Origin: an uncultured Ruminiclostridium sp.
GTDB taxonomy: Bacteria > Bacillota > Clostridia > Oscillospirales > Ruminococcaceae
Length of the DNA stretch: 64,000 nt
Direction: 5' to 3'
Assembly: GCA_947630685.1 (NCBI GenBank)
Contig: CANRII010000001.1
Coordinates: 199-64,198 of the forward strand
Below, piece by piece: positions 25,118-34,460 of the stretch; the first letter of the stretch is position 1, and each line of letters begins with the position of its first letter. The notes under the pieces are model-generated. The model did no database searches. It was not told the origin of the DNA and worked only from the letters and a program-made list of their open reading frames with translations. The position numbers and the translations under genes were made by a program.

Positions 25118-27310
25118 TTATTCATTGGAAACGAGCCTGGTATAAAGCCCGTTCGCGGCGTACAGCTCTTCATGCGTGCCGCGTTCAACGACTTTTCCAT
25201 TATCCAAAACGATTATCTCGTCGCAGTCGCGTATGGTGGAAAGTCTGTGTGCGACGACTATGCAGGTTATTCCCCTGTCCTTTATGGAGCGTACCACGTC
25301 GTACTCGGTCTTTGCGTCCAGCGCGCTGGTCGCCTCGTCCAGGATTATTATAGTGGGATCCTGGGCGAGCACGCGGGCTATCTCCATTCTCTGACGCTGA
25401 CCGCCGGAGAAGTCCTTGCCGTTTTCGGTAATGACGTAATCATATCCGCCGTCGCGCTGCATTATGTCGGAATGTATCTGCGCGTCCTTTGCGGCGAGTA
25501 TCATTTCAAAATCTTCAATGGAGCTGTCCCACATCTTTATATTGTTTCTTATAGAGTCCTCAAACAGGATTATATCCTGATCCACTACCGCCAAAGAGCC
25601 GGTAAACACGCTGCGGTCGATATCCTTTATCGGCTTGCCGTCAAAAAGTATCTCGCCGCTCCACGGCTGATACAGTCCGGAGATGAGCTTTGAAAGGGTG
25701 GATTTTCCACAGCCGGAGCCTCCCACGAAAGCAACGCGGCTGCCCGGCTTTAGGGTAAGGCTGAAATCCTCTATCAGCGGATCGTCAAGACGTGAATAGC
25801 CGAACGTAACGTTCTTTAATTCCACGGTGCCGCTTAGCTTGCTGTACTCCGCGTCGTCGGAGGCGGTATCGTCGTCCCTGTAGTTTACGTCGGTGGGATA
25901 TTCCATAACGTCCTCGATACGCTCCATCTGGGTGCGCATCTCCTGTATGGTCTGACTTGCCGAGATAAGCGTCATGGCAGGCTCGGTAAAGGACGCTAAA
26001 AATCCCTGGAACGCCATTACCATACCTACGGTGAAATTGCCCTGTATAGTAAACAGCACGCCGAGTATCAGCACTATTGTATTGGTAAGCTGAGAAACAA
26101 GTCCCGGCACCATGCCGAGGTATTCGTTCAGCCTTTCGTATCTTACCTGCTGGGTGTTCACGCTCGCCTGATAGCCCGACCATTTTTCAAAATAGCCGTT
26201 CTCCGCGCCGCTGGACTTGATAGTTTCTATCATCTCTATACCCGCGACCGTCGCGCCTGCGAGCTTGCCCTCGTCGCGCATCTGGATACGGGTGATATTG
26301 ACGCGCTTTTTAGAGATTATCTGCGACATTATAAGATTGAGCAATATAGAAGCCACACCGACTATCGTCAATATCCAGCTGTAGCGTATCATTACCACGA
26401 GATAGAATATCATCATCGCCGTATTCAGCACCAGCGGCGCAAAGGTATTTACAAGGCTGCTCGCTATGCCGGAATTAGTGCTTTGCCTTTGCTGGATATC
26501 CCCCGCCATTCGCTGGGAGAAAAACTCCATCGGCATGCGCAGTATCTTCCATAAAAACGACGTATCGCCCACTACCGCTAATTTTCCCTCTATCATTCGG
26601 TTGGATTTTGCGGTGACGTATGCGACGACGATCTGCGCCAGCGAAAATACCGCTAACAGCGCAAGGAACGGATAGAACCATTCTATATCCGTATGCGTCA
26701 AAAGTCTATCCAGAAATACCCGTGAAAACGCGGGCTGTATAATGCCGAGCAGCGACGTTATTATCGTAGTGATAACAGTAAACGCGATGGCTACTCCCGC
26801 GCCTATAAGGCGTTTTCTCGCAAAGGACATCACGCTTTTCGGCTTTCCGCCCGGCTCGAAATTCTCGGTCGGCTCGAACATCAGGCAGATACCGGTAAAG
26901 CTCTTATCAAAGGTTTCCATAGAAACGGTATAATTGCCTTTTGCCGGATCGTTAAGCACGGCTTTATCGCCCTTAAAGCCGCAAAGCACCACAAAGTGAT
27001 TGAAATTCCAATGGACTATGCAGGGGAATTTTCCTTTTTCCTTGAGCTGCTCCGGCTCGTAGCGGTAGCCCTTTGCCGTCATTCCGTAGCTGCGGGCGGC
27101 CTTAAGTACGTTCTTAGCGCTGGAGCCGTCGCGGGACACGCCGCAGTCCGCGCGCACCTGCTCGAGCGGTATCCATTTTCCGTAATAGGCAAGGATCATG
27201 GTAAGCGCCGCCGCTCCGCATTCGAGCGCCTCCATCTGCATTACCACAGGCACCTTTGCCCAGCCTTTCGTTACCGGCGTATGCTGCTTTTTATCGAACA
27301 TCATGCGCAC
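25118..27310 (-). CDS. NHLM/NHLP bacteriocin export ABC transporter, C39 peptidase/permease/ATPase (TIGR03796-like)
   Basis: QMEALECGAA (Cys), HWNFNHF (His), NDPA (Asp), GGSGCGKS, FSGGQRQR. The start may be ATG 27304 or 27301. Confidence 0.93.
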   Translation of the reverse strand: MRMMFDKKQHTPVTKGWAKVPVVMQMEALECGAAALTMILAYYGKWIPLEQVRADCGVSRDGSSAKNVLKAARSYGMTAKGYRYEPEQLKEKGKFPCIVHWNFNHFVVLCGFKGDKAVLNDPAKGNYTVSMETFDKSFTGICLMFEPTENFEPGGKPKSVMSFARKRLIGAGVAIAFTVITTIITSLLGIIQPAFSRVFLDRLLTHTDIEWFYPFLALLAVFSLAQIVVAYVTAKSNRMIEGKLAVVGDTSFLWKILRMPMEFFSQRMAGDIQQRQSTNSGIASSLVNTFAPLVLNTAMMIFYLVVMIRYSWILTIVGVASILLNLIMSQIISKKRVNITRIQMRDEGKLAGATVAGIEMIETIKSSGAENGYFEKWSGYQASVNTQQVRYERLNEYLGMVPGLVSQLTNTIVLILGVLFTIQGNFTVGMVMAFQGFLASFTEPAMTLISASQTIQEMRTQMERIEDVMEYPTDVNYRDDDTASDDAEYSKLSGTVELKNVTFGYSRLDDPLIEDFSLTLKPGSRVAFVGGSGCGKSTLSKLISGLYQPWSGEILFDGKPIKDIDRSVFTGSLAVVDQDIILFEDSIRNNIKMWDSSIEDFEMILAAKDAQIHSDIMQRDGGYDYVITENGKDFSGGQRQRMEIARVLAQDPTIIILDEATSALDAKTEYDVVRSIKDRGITCIVVAHRLSTIRDCDEIIVLDNGKVVERGTHEELYAANGLYTRLVSNE

Positions 27311-27311
27311 C

Positions 27312-27833
27312 TCAATTAAACAAGAACATTATCGGAGAAATACTGTCGGTTATTATCTCCGCCTTATATGTGCCGCTGGGAAAAGAAGCGCCCAGCTTTA
27401 TCGGGTATACCCATTCGCCCTCCATAAGGTCAAAAGCGTGCATGGTATACTCGTTGAACGTGTTTTTATCCACCGTGATAGGCTCCTCGGAGATCTCCTC
27501 TATCGGGTATTCCTTGTTGTCTATCCTTACGGGATCGTCAAGAGATACCCGTTCTATATCCCCCTCTTTGACAAAACAGAACGCTATCTCGTCCATACCC
27601 GCTTCCTGCGCCTGCGGTACGAGGTCTTGGAGCCCTTGCACCGACAAAACGACGCATTCGACCTTGGTCTCTATCTTGCCTACCGCGCCCCATACGATAA
27701 ATCCTATCAGCAGGAGTATCACCGCGCCCAGCGTCAGCCAGATACCGGGACTGGTCACCCGTATGTAGTCGTTGAGCTGCTCCGGAGAGGAGACGCGCTC
27801 TATGCTCTTTTCTCTGAAAATATTGTTTGCCAT
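27312..27833 (-). CDS. NHLP bacteriocin system secretion accessory protein (short form, TIGR03794-like N-terminus)
   Basis: IFREKSIERVSSPEQLNDYIRVTSP followed by one TM helix. Confidence 0.85.
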   Translation of the reverse strand: MANNIFREKSIERVSSPEQLNDYIRVTSPGIWLTLGAVILLLIGFIVWGAVGKIETKVECVVLSVQGLQDLVPQAQEAGMDEIAFCFVKEGDIERVSLDDPVRIDNKEYPIEEISEEPITVDKNTFNEYTMHAFDLMEGEWVYPIKLGASFPSGTYKAEIITDSISPIMFLFN

Positions 27834-27890
27834 TTATTTACCTCCGTTTTATCGTTACGGGGCAAGCCCGTTATTGAAGTCCGCGCGCTG

Positions 27891-29339
27891 TTATTTTGCC
27901 AAAGCGCCGGACGAAGTTCCTTTTTTTCCGTACCATATCAACGCAACTGCATATGCAGCGGTAAGCACTCCCGCTATCGTATAGCTTATCGCCCACGGTA
28001 AATTAAATCCGATAGCCGCGTTGAGGATAAAGCTGGATATCACGAACATATAGAACATACCCGGCAGCAACGCCATGATAAACGGCTTTTTATGCCGTAT
28101 CATGTATATCGCTATCATGGCGAACGCGAACACCGCTATGGTCTGATTTGCCCATGCGAAATACCGCCAAAGTATATTGAATCCGCCGCTGTTCACCTTA
28201 GCGAACACCAGCACCGCCGCCGTTACCGCGAATATTATCAGCGACACGCCGAGCCTTTTTTTAGTCTTGGTCTGGTCTATTTTGAGCGCGTCGGAGATTA
28301 TCAGCCTGAGCGAACGCAAAGCGGTATCGCCGGAGGTTATCGGCAGTACGATAATACCTATCACCGCTATTATGCCGCCGACTCCGCCGAGCAGGTTTTT
28401 GGCGATTATCCCCACCACTTCGGTAGCCTCGGTCTCGGCTCCGGCAAGTCCCAGCTTCATTACGCCCATAGCGGCAGCCGCCCATATCATGGCGATGAAG
28501 CCCTCGGCTATCATCATATTGTAAAAGGTCATGCGGCCTTCCTTTTCGCTGCGCATCGTGCGTGAAATAAGCGTCGCCTGCGTGGAATGAAAGCCGGATA
28601 CTATTCCGCACGCTACGGTAACGAAGAACACCGGTATAAAGTTTAGCCCCTGCGGGTGAACGCCCAGTCCCGTCGTCCATATCTCGTCCAGCGGATAACC
28701 CTTTATCAAAAAGCCTATGAACACGCCTATCGCCGATATTATCAGCAGCAGTCCGAATATGGGATATACCTTTCCGATTATCTTATCTATAGGAAATAAA
28801 GTGGCTATGATATAATATACGAATATCGCGCCGTACACTATCCACACTATGGGATTTGTCACGCCGTTGTCCGCGCCGAGTATCTGCGTTACAAACAAAT
28901 CGCCCGGGGTATAGATAAACACCGTGCCTACCAGCAGCATCAAAAGGCAGACGAACACGTTATAGATAGGATAAGCATACTTGCCGAGATACTTTCTTAT
29001 AAGTCCCGGCATCTGCGCGCCGTCGTTTCGCACCGATATCATGCCGGACATATAATCGTGGAACGCTCCGCCTATCACGCAGCCTATCGGGATAGTCAAA
29101 AAGGCGATAGGTCCGAAAAGAATGCCCTGTATCGGACCGAGTATAGGCCCCGTTCCCGCGATGTTCAGCAATTGTATCAGCGAGTTTTTCCACTTTTTCA
29201 TCGGAACATAGTCCACGCCGTCGTTGAGCCGCACCGCTGGAGTTTCGCGGTCGTCCGGCTTAAAGACCTTTTCGCAGAATTTGCCGTATACCGCTCCTCC
29301 CACGATAAGAAGCGCAAGTCCTATAAAGAATGTAACCAT
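27891..29339 (-). CDS. cstA: Carbon starvation protein A (CstA) family transporter
   Basis: TPAVRLNDGVDYVP, IAGTGPILGP, CGIVSGFHSTQ, TSGDTALRSLR; highly hydrophobic. Confidence 0.88.
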   Translation of the reverse strand: MVTFFIGLALLIVGGAVYGKFCEKVFKPDDRETPAVRLNDGVDYVPMKKWKNSLIQLLNIAGTGPILGPIQGILFGPIAFLTIPIGCVIGGAFHDYMSGMISVRNDGAQMPGLIRKYLGKYAYPIYNVFVCLLMLLVGTVFIYTPGDLFVTQILGADNGVTNPIVWIVYGAIFVYYIIATLFPIDKIIGKVYPIFGLLLIISAIGVFIGFLIKGYPLDEIWTTGLGVHPQGLNFIPVFFVTVACGIVSGFHSTQATLISRTMRSEKEGRMTFYNMMIAEGFIAMIWAAAAMGVMKLGLAGAETEATEVVGIIAKNLLGGVGGIIAVIGIIVLPITSGDTALRSLRLIISDALKIDQTKTKKRLGVSLIIFAVTAAVLVFAKVNSGGFNILWRYFAWANQTIAVFAFAMIAIYMIRHKKPFIMALLPGMFYMFVISSFILNAAIGFNLPWAISYTIAGVLTAAYAVALIWYGKKGTSSGALAK

Positions 29340-29391
29340 AAAATACCACTCCTTAAAAAATTTTTAGCCGCAAGCCCGAAATTCAAAGATA

Positions 29392-30369
29392 TCACAGATC
29401 GTTTTCCAGATACGCTTGTAATCTTGTTTGCACGTTCTTTTCCAGATTGCGGTAGAAAAATTGATAATCGTATAAATGATATATGCCGTCGGTGAAAATA
29501 TCCAATCCCGCGGGATAATCCGCAGGAGAAACGTCGGGGACCTTAAGCGCTCCTCTGCTGTCGTCGATATACGCTCCAGTAAGCGCGGGTATCTCGGTTT
29601 TTATATTGCCGTCGTAATCGGTAAAGCATGCGCCGAGGTTAAGCTCTTTATCGGCGGGAGTATTGTCCGTAGTCCAGTTCAGCGGGTTTATCGCAAGCGT
29701 TTTCGTTCCTTTAGGTATCATCAGAGAATCGTCGATATCCTCCGCCTCGCTGTTGAACGCAACGATAACGCCGGTATCGCTTTCACCCGAGGCAAATTTA
29801 AGCTGAGGATATTCTTCAAGCTCCTGCTCGGTGACGCGCCAGCCTATCGCATAGCACGCGACCAGCTGACTTTGCAGCTTCTCGTCGGTAAAGCGCTCTT
29901 TCAGCAGCCTTATGCACATATCCGCCCCTTGGGAAAAGCCCGCGAGTATTATCGGGCGGCCGTCGTTGAAATTGTCATAGTAATGATCAAACGACGCTTT
30001 TACGTCCTCAAAGGCGGTATCGAAATACTTATCCGCGCCGCTGTCTTCCATTTTGTAAACGTCCAGCGCCGCCTGACGGTAGTACGGCGCGAAAAAGCGG
30101 CATTCATCGTCGTATATGCCCTTTTCCATATTCGTAGCGCCGAGAAAGCTGGCTTTTGCGTCTTGGTCGGAAAGCGGCATGTTATGGATATCCTCCCCGC
30201 CCATATATACCGTCGGACAGATAAAAAATACGTCAGCGGGAAGATCAGTATCGCCGCTGCCGCAGTACGCCCAGTTTTCTTCGGCATGATAATCTACAGA
30301 CGCGCTCTCACAGCCGCAGAATAAAACGGCTGCAAAAACCAGCAAAGCAATAAGTTTTACTCTTTTCAT
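29392..30369 (-). CDS. DUF3089 alpha/beta-hydrolase lipoprotein
   Basis: Lipobox FCGC; ADVFFICPT, FAPYYRQ, GFSQG nucleophile elbow, INPLNW, HLYDYQFFY. Confidence 0.85.
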   Translation of the reverse strand: MKRVKLIALLVFAAVLFCGCESASVDYHAEENWAYCGSGDTDLPADVFFICPTVYMGGEDIHNMPLSDQDAKASFLGATNMEKGIYDDECRFFAPYYRQAALDVYKMEDSGADKYFDTAFEDVKASFDHYYDNFNDGRPIILAGFSQGADMCIRLLKERFTDEKLQSQLVACYAIGWRVTEQELEEYPQLKFASGESDTGVIVAFNSEAEDIDDSLMIPKGTKTLAINPLNWTTDNTPADKELNLGACFTDYDGNIKTEIPALTGAYIDDSRGALKVPDVSPADYPAGLDIFTDGIYHLYDYQFFYRNLEKNVQTRLQAYLENDL

Positions 30370-30423
30370 GCTCTTTCACGCTTTCTTAAAAATCATCCGT
30401 AAAACAACGTATAACTCAAATTA

Positions 30424-30452
30424 ATTATATCATCTTTTTACATTTTTTTCAA
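30424..30452 (-). promoter_or_regulatory. Sigma-A type promoter with extended -10 (drives DUF3089-cstA-export genes)
   Basis: Minus strand TTGAAA-17 nt-TATAAT with TGA before the -10. Confidence 0.75.
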
Positions 30453-30611
30453 TGTTGCCGTTATGACTTTTAGGTAATGAAGATTGACTTTTACGAAATT
30501 GTTAAAATCGTCTATATCAGCGGAAGATAAAATTTACCTCAAAAGTCTGCATATTTCGCGCACGATTGCCTAAAAGTCATATTTTATTACCTAAACGTCA
30601 ATAGTATGGGT

Positions 30612-30640
30612 TTGAAATGTCACTATAAAAGTGATATAAT
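30612..30640 (+). promoter_or_regulatory. Sigma-A type promoter with extended -10
   Basis: TTGAAA-17 nt-TATAAT with TGA before the -10; divergent from the promoter at 30424-30452. Confidence 0.75.
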
Positions 30641-30763
30641 TAGCTTGGATTATTGCGTTTAGGCGATAACTGAAAATAACGAGCAACAAATGCGGTATCT
30701 TCCGTATTTGTCGCATATAAAAGCGCGTTTATACAGCGCGAAATCAAGAAAAGGAGAAAACCA

Positions 30764-33700
30764 ATGAAGCTAAGAAACAGGATCATATCCGTAGTGACCT
30801 GCGCGGCAATGCTGCTTACTATGCTGCCGGCTCAGGTCTTTGCCGAGGAAGAGCCTGTCACGGTCACTATCTTTACGACCAATGACATCCACGGCACTAT
30901 GGAAGGCGACGGCACCGTCGGCATCGTTCAGGCGGCCGCTATGAAAGCGTCTACCCCCAACGCATTGCTTGCGGACGCGGGCGACGCTACGCAGGGTGCG
31001 TCCTTTGCGACTATATCGCAGGGCGAGGACGTTATCCGCATGATGAACGCGGCAGGCTACGACGTTATGGCTGCCGGAAACCATGAATTCGACTACGGCA
31101 CCGAGCAGCTGCTCAGCAACGCCGAAACCGCCGAGTTCCCGATAATCAGCGCAAACGTTAAGCTGAACGACGAGCTTATGCTTCCCCCGACCGCGATCGT
31201 TGAGCAGGCGGGAAAAACCATAGGATTTATCGGACTTACCACGGTAAACACTCTTACTACCGCAAACCCCGAAAAGCTCGCTGGCGTAAGCTTTTCCGAT
31301 GAAGCGGCGGCCGCTAAGGAGCAGATAAAGGCGCTCGCAGACCAGACCGACGCTATCGTGCTTATCTGCCATCTCGGCGATAACGAGGCCGCGGTAAAAT
31401 GCACCAGCAAGGACCTGCTGGACGCTCTGTCCGACAGCGAGCTTGCCGAGGTAGCCGCAGTTATAGACGGTCACAGCCACTCTGTAGAAGATGTGACGTA
31501 TGAACGCGGCGGAGTTACCGTTCCGGTAGTGCAGACCGGCGTATATTCCTCCGGTATAGGCAAGCTGGAGCTTACCTTTGATAACGGCAAGGTTACCGCT
31601 GACGGCGACGTGCTCACCGCAGCCGAGGCAAGCGAGTATCAGCTTACCGACGCGGGCAAAGCGGCAGCCGAAAAGGTACAGAAAGCGCTTGACGATATAA
31701 AGGCCGAGCAGGAAAAGACTCTCGGCGAGGAACTCTGCTATAACAGAATTCCTCTCTGGGGCGGCTACATTTATTATGATTATGCCGAGCCGCGTATAGT
31801 AGAAACCAGCTACGGCGATTTTGTCACCGACGCATTTGCGGAATACGCAGCCGCATTCAACGAGCAGAACAAGCTTTCCCTGCCTGTTATCGCGGTAGAG
31901 AACGGCGGCGGCATCTCGGCGGCGCTTCCTATGGGCAAGGTGACCCGCGGCGATGTGCTGAACGCCTTTAACCACGGCAACATGGTGGAGGTGTACACCG
32001 TTACTCCCGCACAGCTCAAGACCGCACTGGAGGCGGGACTTACCATGACCGGACAGGACGAGACCGGACTTTTGATAAGAGAGCGCGTGAGCGGCAGCTT
32101 CTTACAGGTAAGCGGCTTTGAATACACCTATGACCCCTCCGGCGAATCCGGCAATAAAGTTAAAGAAATAAAGCTTGAAGACGGTACCGCGCTCAGCCTT
32201 ACCGATACTTCCACCAAGCTGCTGCTTGCCACCAACAATTATGTAGGAGGCAGCTTTGCGGCGCTCGGCTGTGAAAAATTAGGCGAGCTCGGCGGCGAGG
32301 ACCAGCTGATAAGTGACTATATACTTTCGTTTACCTCGGTCAGCTCACTGCTTAATTATCAGGTTTTAGGGAACCGTATAAAGATCTATAACGACAAAGC
32401 TCCCGACACCTATACCGTGAAGATACCGGTATACCTCCCCGACGGCAAGACCGTACAGCCCGGAGCAAAGGCTAATATCTGCGTGGACGGCGAACAGTCC
32501 CAGCCCGTAGCGACCGACGAGGACGGCAATATAGTTATGACCGTTCCGAGCGGCGCGCATACCTTTGTTCTTGTAGAATCCTCCGACAACATGCCGGTAT
32601 ACGTCAACAACTATTCCGGCTCCGGCACAGTTACCACTAAGCCGGGTTATTACAGCCTTTCCTTCAAGGCGGAAAAGCTGCCGGCGTTCGATCCCGAGGT
32701 AGAAAAGGATATCGACGAGGCGGTACAGTACCTCAGAGAGAAAGCCGTAGAATACAACGAATGGGTAGAGAACAATATAAATTATCTCGCCGATGAGAGA
32801 AAAGAAGGCTTCTATAACGACATAGAGCAGCTCCTTGACGTTGCCGAGCATGATCTTAGAAGTCTCGGAACTATCGACGAGATAGAGGAAAGAAAAGCAT
32901 ACTACGACAACAATATGCAGATCAACGAGTACAGTATCTATGTACAGAATCTGATCGAATTCTACTACATGGAGATCGACGATCTGGAGTTTGCTCCGGA
33001 TGAAGTAAAGCAGGAAGCAAAGACCAGCGTAGCTAATGCGGCGCTGCAATACTCCGCTTATATAATAAACGACATGCTGAACGGCGTCGATCCCGCCGAA
33101 ACGCTGGACAACATCAAGGTGTATGACTCCATTATGTATCTAGGCGCATGCGAGGCGTACATTGAAGATAATTACCTTTACTGCAAAGGCTACTTAGACC
33201 TCCTTCGCCATCATTCCGACGCGGATATCAACGAATACCGTGAAAAAATAGAGGAAATGTACAAAGAGGCAAAGGATATCCTCGCTAATTATACCGACGC
33301 CGAAGCTGCCGCAAACAGCATAAACAAGTACTTTAATGATTCCGACGCTTTTATTGACAGTATTCTTATGAGCGAATATACCAATCTGGTGAACGGCTTT
33401 ATTCCCGACACATTTGACTGGATTGTAACGAATTACTCCGAAAAGCTTGCCGATATAAGCGATGAAGAGGTAAAGGCTATCCGCGACGAGTTTATTAAGG
33501 TCGCCGAAGAGTCGGTCGAGCCTATTAGAGAGGAAACTCAAAAAGATCAGCCGAGCAGCGATAATCTTAAAGCCATCGTAAACAAAGTTATAAGCAAATT
33601 CGACCAATCGGTGCTGGAAGTGTTCTACACCAATTCCAAAAACAAGCTGAGCGCTGCTGCTTCCGACGCAAAGGCAGCGCTTGAGGGTATGGAAGAGGAA

Positions 33701-34147
33701 TACAATGTGGACCTTTCAGACTATATCGCAGACATTGATAAAGCACTTGAGGCGGGTATAGATTCGCTTAATACCGAATATCAGAAGCTTGCCGACGAAA
33801 ATTACTCCATATCGCTGATTGAAGAAGAAGATGCGCCGTTTGACGTATCAGACGAAGCGATAGCAGAGGCATACGACAGATTAAACTCCGCCATCACTTC
33901 CGCTCAAGAACAGATATATACTGTACTTGATAGTGCTGCCGACGCTGCTACGAGCGAGCCTGAAAGCGAGCCCGAAAGCGAACCTGAGAGCCAGCCCGAA
34001 AGCGAACCCGAAAGCAAACCCGATGAAAATCCCGATACCGGTTATCCTATCGGCGGAGCGGTGCTCGTTACATTGATACTGTCTGGCTGCGCGGCTGCCG
34101 CAATGCCTATCAGTAAAAAGCTGAGAAGAGAAAAGAACGATAAATAA
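30764..34147 (+). CDS. Cell-wall-anchored 5'-nucleotidase/metallophosphoesterase
   Basis: Signal peptide; TNDIHG, DAGD, GNHEFD, GHSH metal motifs; nucleotidase C-domain; long acidic helical region; SEPE repeats; NPDTG + TM + KKLRR sorting signal. Confidence 0.9.
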   Translation: MKLRNRIISVVTCAAMLLTMLPAQVFAEEEPVTVTIFTTNDIHGTMEGDGTVGIVQAAAMKASTPNALLADAGDATQGASFATISQGEDVIRMMNAAGYDVMAAGNHEFDYGTEQLLSNAETAEFPIISANVKLNDELMLPPTAIVEQAGKTIGFIGLTTVNTLTTANPEKLAGVSFSDEAAAAKEQIKALADQTDAIVLICHLGDNEAAVKCTSKDLLDALSDSELAEVAAVIDGHSHSVEDVTYERGGVTVPVVQTGVYSSGIGKLELTFDNGKVTADGDVLTAAEASEYQLTDAGKAAAEKVQKALDDIKAEQEKTLGEELCYNRIPLWGGYIYYDYAEPRIVETSYGDFVTDAFAEYAAAFNEQNKLSLPVIAVENGGGISAALPMGKVTRGDVLNAFNHGNMVEVYTVTPAQLKTALEAGLTMTGQDETGLLIRERVSGSFLQVSGFEYTYDPSGESGNKVKEIKLEDGTALSLTDTSTKLLLATNNYVGGSFAALGCEKLGELGGEDQLISDYILSFTSVSSLLNYQVLGNRIKIYNDKAPDTYTVKIPVYLPDGKTVQPGAKANICVDGEQSQPVATDEDGNIVMTVPSGAHTFVLVESSDNMPVYVNNYSGSGTVTTKPGYYSLSFKAEKLPAFDPEVEKDIDEAVQYLREKAVEYNEWVENNINYLADERKEGFYNDIEQLLDVAEHDLRSLGTIDEIEERKAYYDNNMQINEYSIYVQNLIEFYYMEIDDLEFAPDEVKQEAKTSVANAALQYSAYIINDMLNGVDPAETLDNIKVYDSIMYLGACEAYIEDNYLYCKGYLDLLRHHSDADINEYREKIEEMYKEAKDILANYTDAEAAANSINKYFNDSDAFIDSILMSEYTNLVNGFIPDTFDWIVTNYSEKLADISDEEVKAIRDEFIKVAEESVEPIREETQKDQPSSDNLKAIVNKVISKFDQSVLEVFYTNSKNKLSAAASDAKAALEGMEEEYNVDLSDYIADIDKALEAGIDSLNTEYQKLADENYSISLIEEEDAPFDVSDEAIAEAYDRLNSAITSAQEQIYTVLDSAADAATSEPESEPESEPESQPESEPESKPDENPDTGYPIGGAVLVTLILSGCAAAAMPISKKLRREKNDK
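33953..34024 (+). repeat. 12-nt tandem repeats encoding (SEPE)n wall-spanning linker
   Basis: SEPE SEPE SEPE SQPE SEPE SKPD. Confidence 0.9.
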
Positions 34148-34177
34148 CAGGATCTCTCAACGATAAAACATAAAATT

Positions 34178-34211
34178 ATCCTCCCGAAATAAAACTTCGG
34201 GAGGATTTTTT
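34178..34211. terminator. Rho-independent terminator (probably bidirectional)
   Basis: ATCCTCCCGAA / TTCGGGAGGAT 11-bp stem, T-run downstream and A-run upstream, between convergent genes. Confidence 0.85.
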
Positions 34212-34273
34212 GTTTGAATTTGTGTAAGAGGGAGCGTTTCGTTTGGGTGGAAATTTGTCTAATGTATCAATGC

Positions 34274-34456
34274 TCATATCCCGCAATCGTCGTAATCCTT
34301 CCATTTATCCCTATACATCTGTTCCTGGCGCGCTATTTTAGCGACGATGAACGCCACGCCGGCTATTATAAGCACCAGCGCGCCGATTATTGCGGGGATA
34401 GTATAGCTTTTGCCGCAGAGCTTATTATTTTCTTCCTTTTTGCACATTGTATTCAT
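34274..34456 (-). CDS. Small single-TM hypothetical protein
   Basis: 60 aa, one hydrophobic helix, AAAGGATG RBS-like sequence, starts 4 nt after the rsmI stop. Confidence 0.6.
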   Translation of the reverse strand: MNTMCKKEENNKLCGKSYTIPAIIGALVLIIAGVAFIVAKIARQEQMYRDKWKDYDDCGI

Positions 34457-34460
34457 CCTT

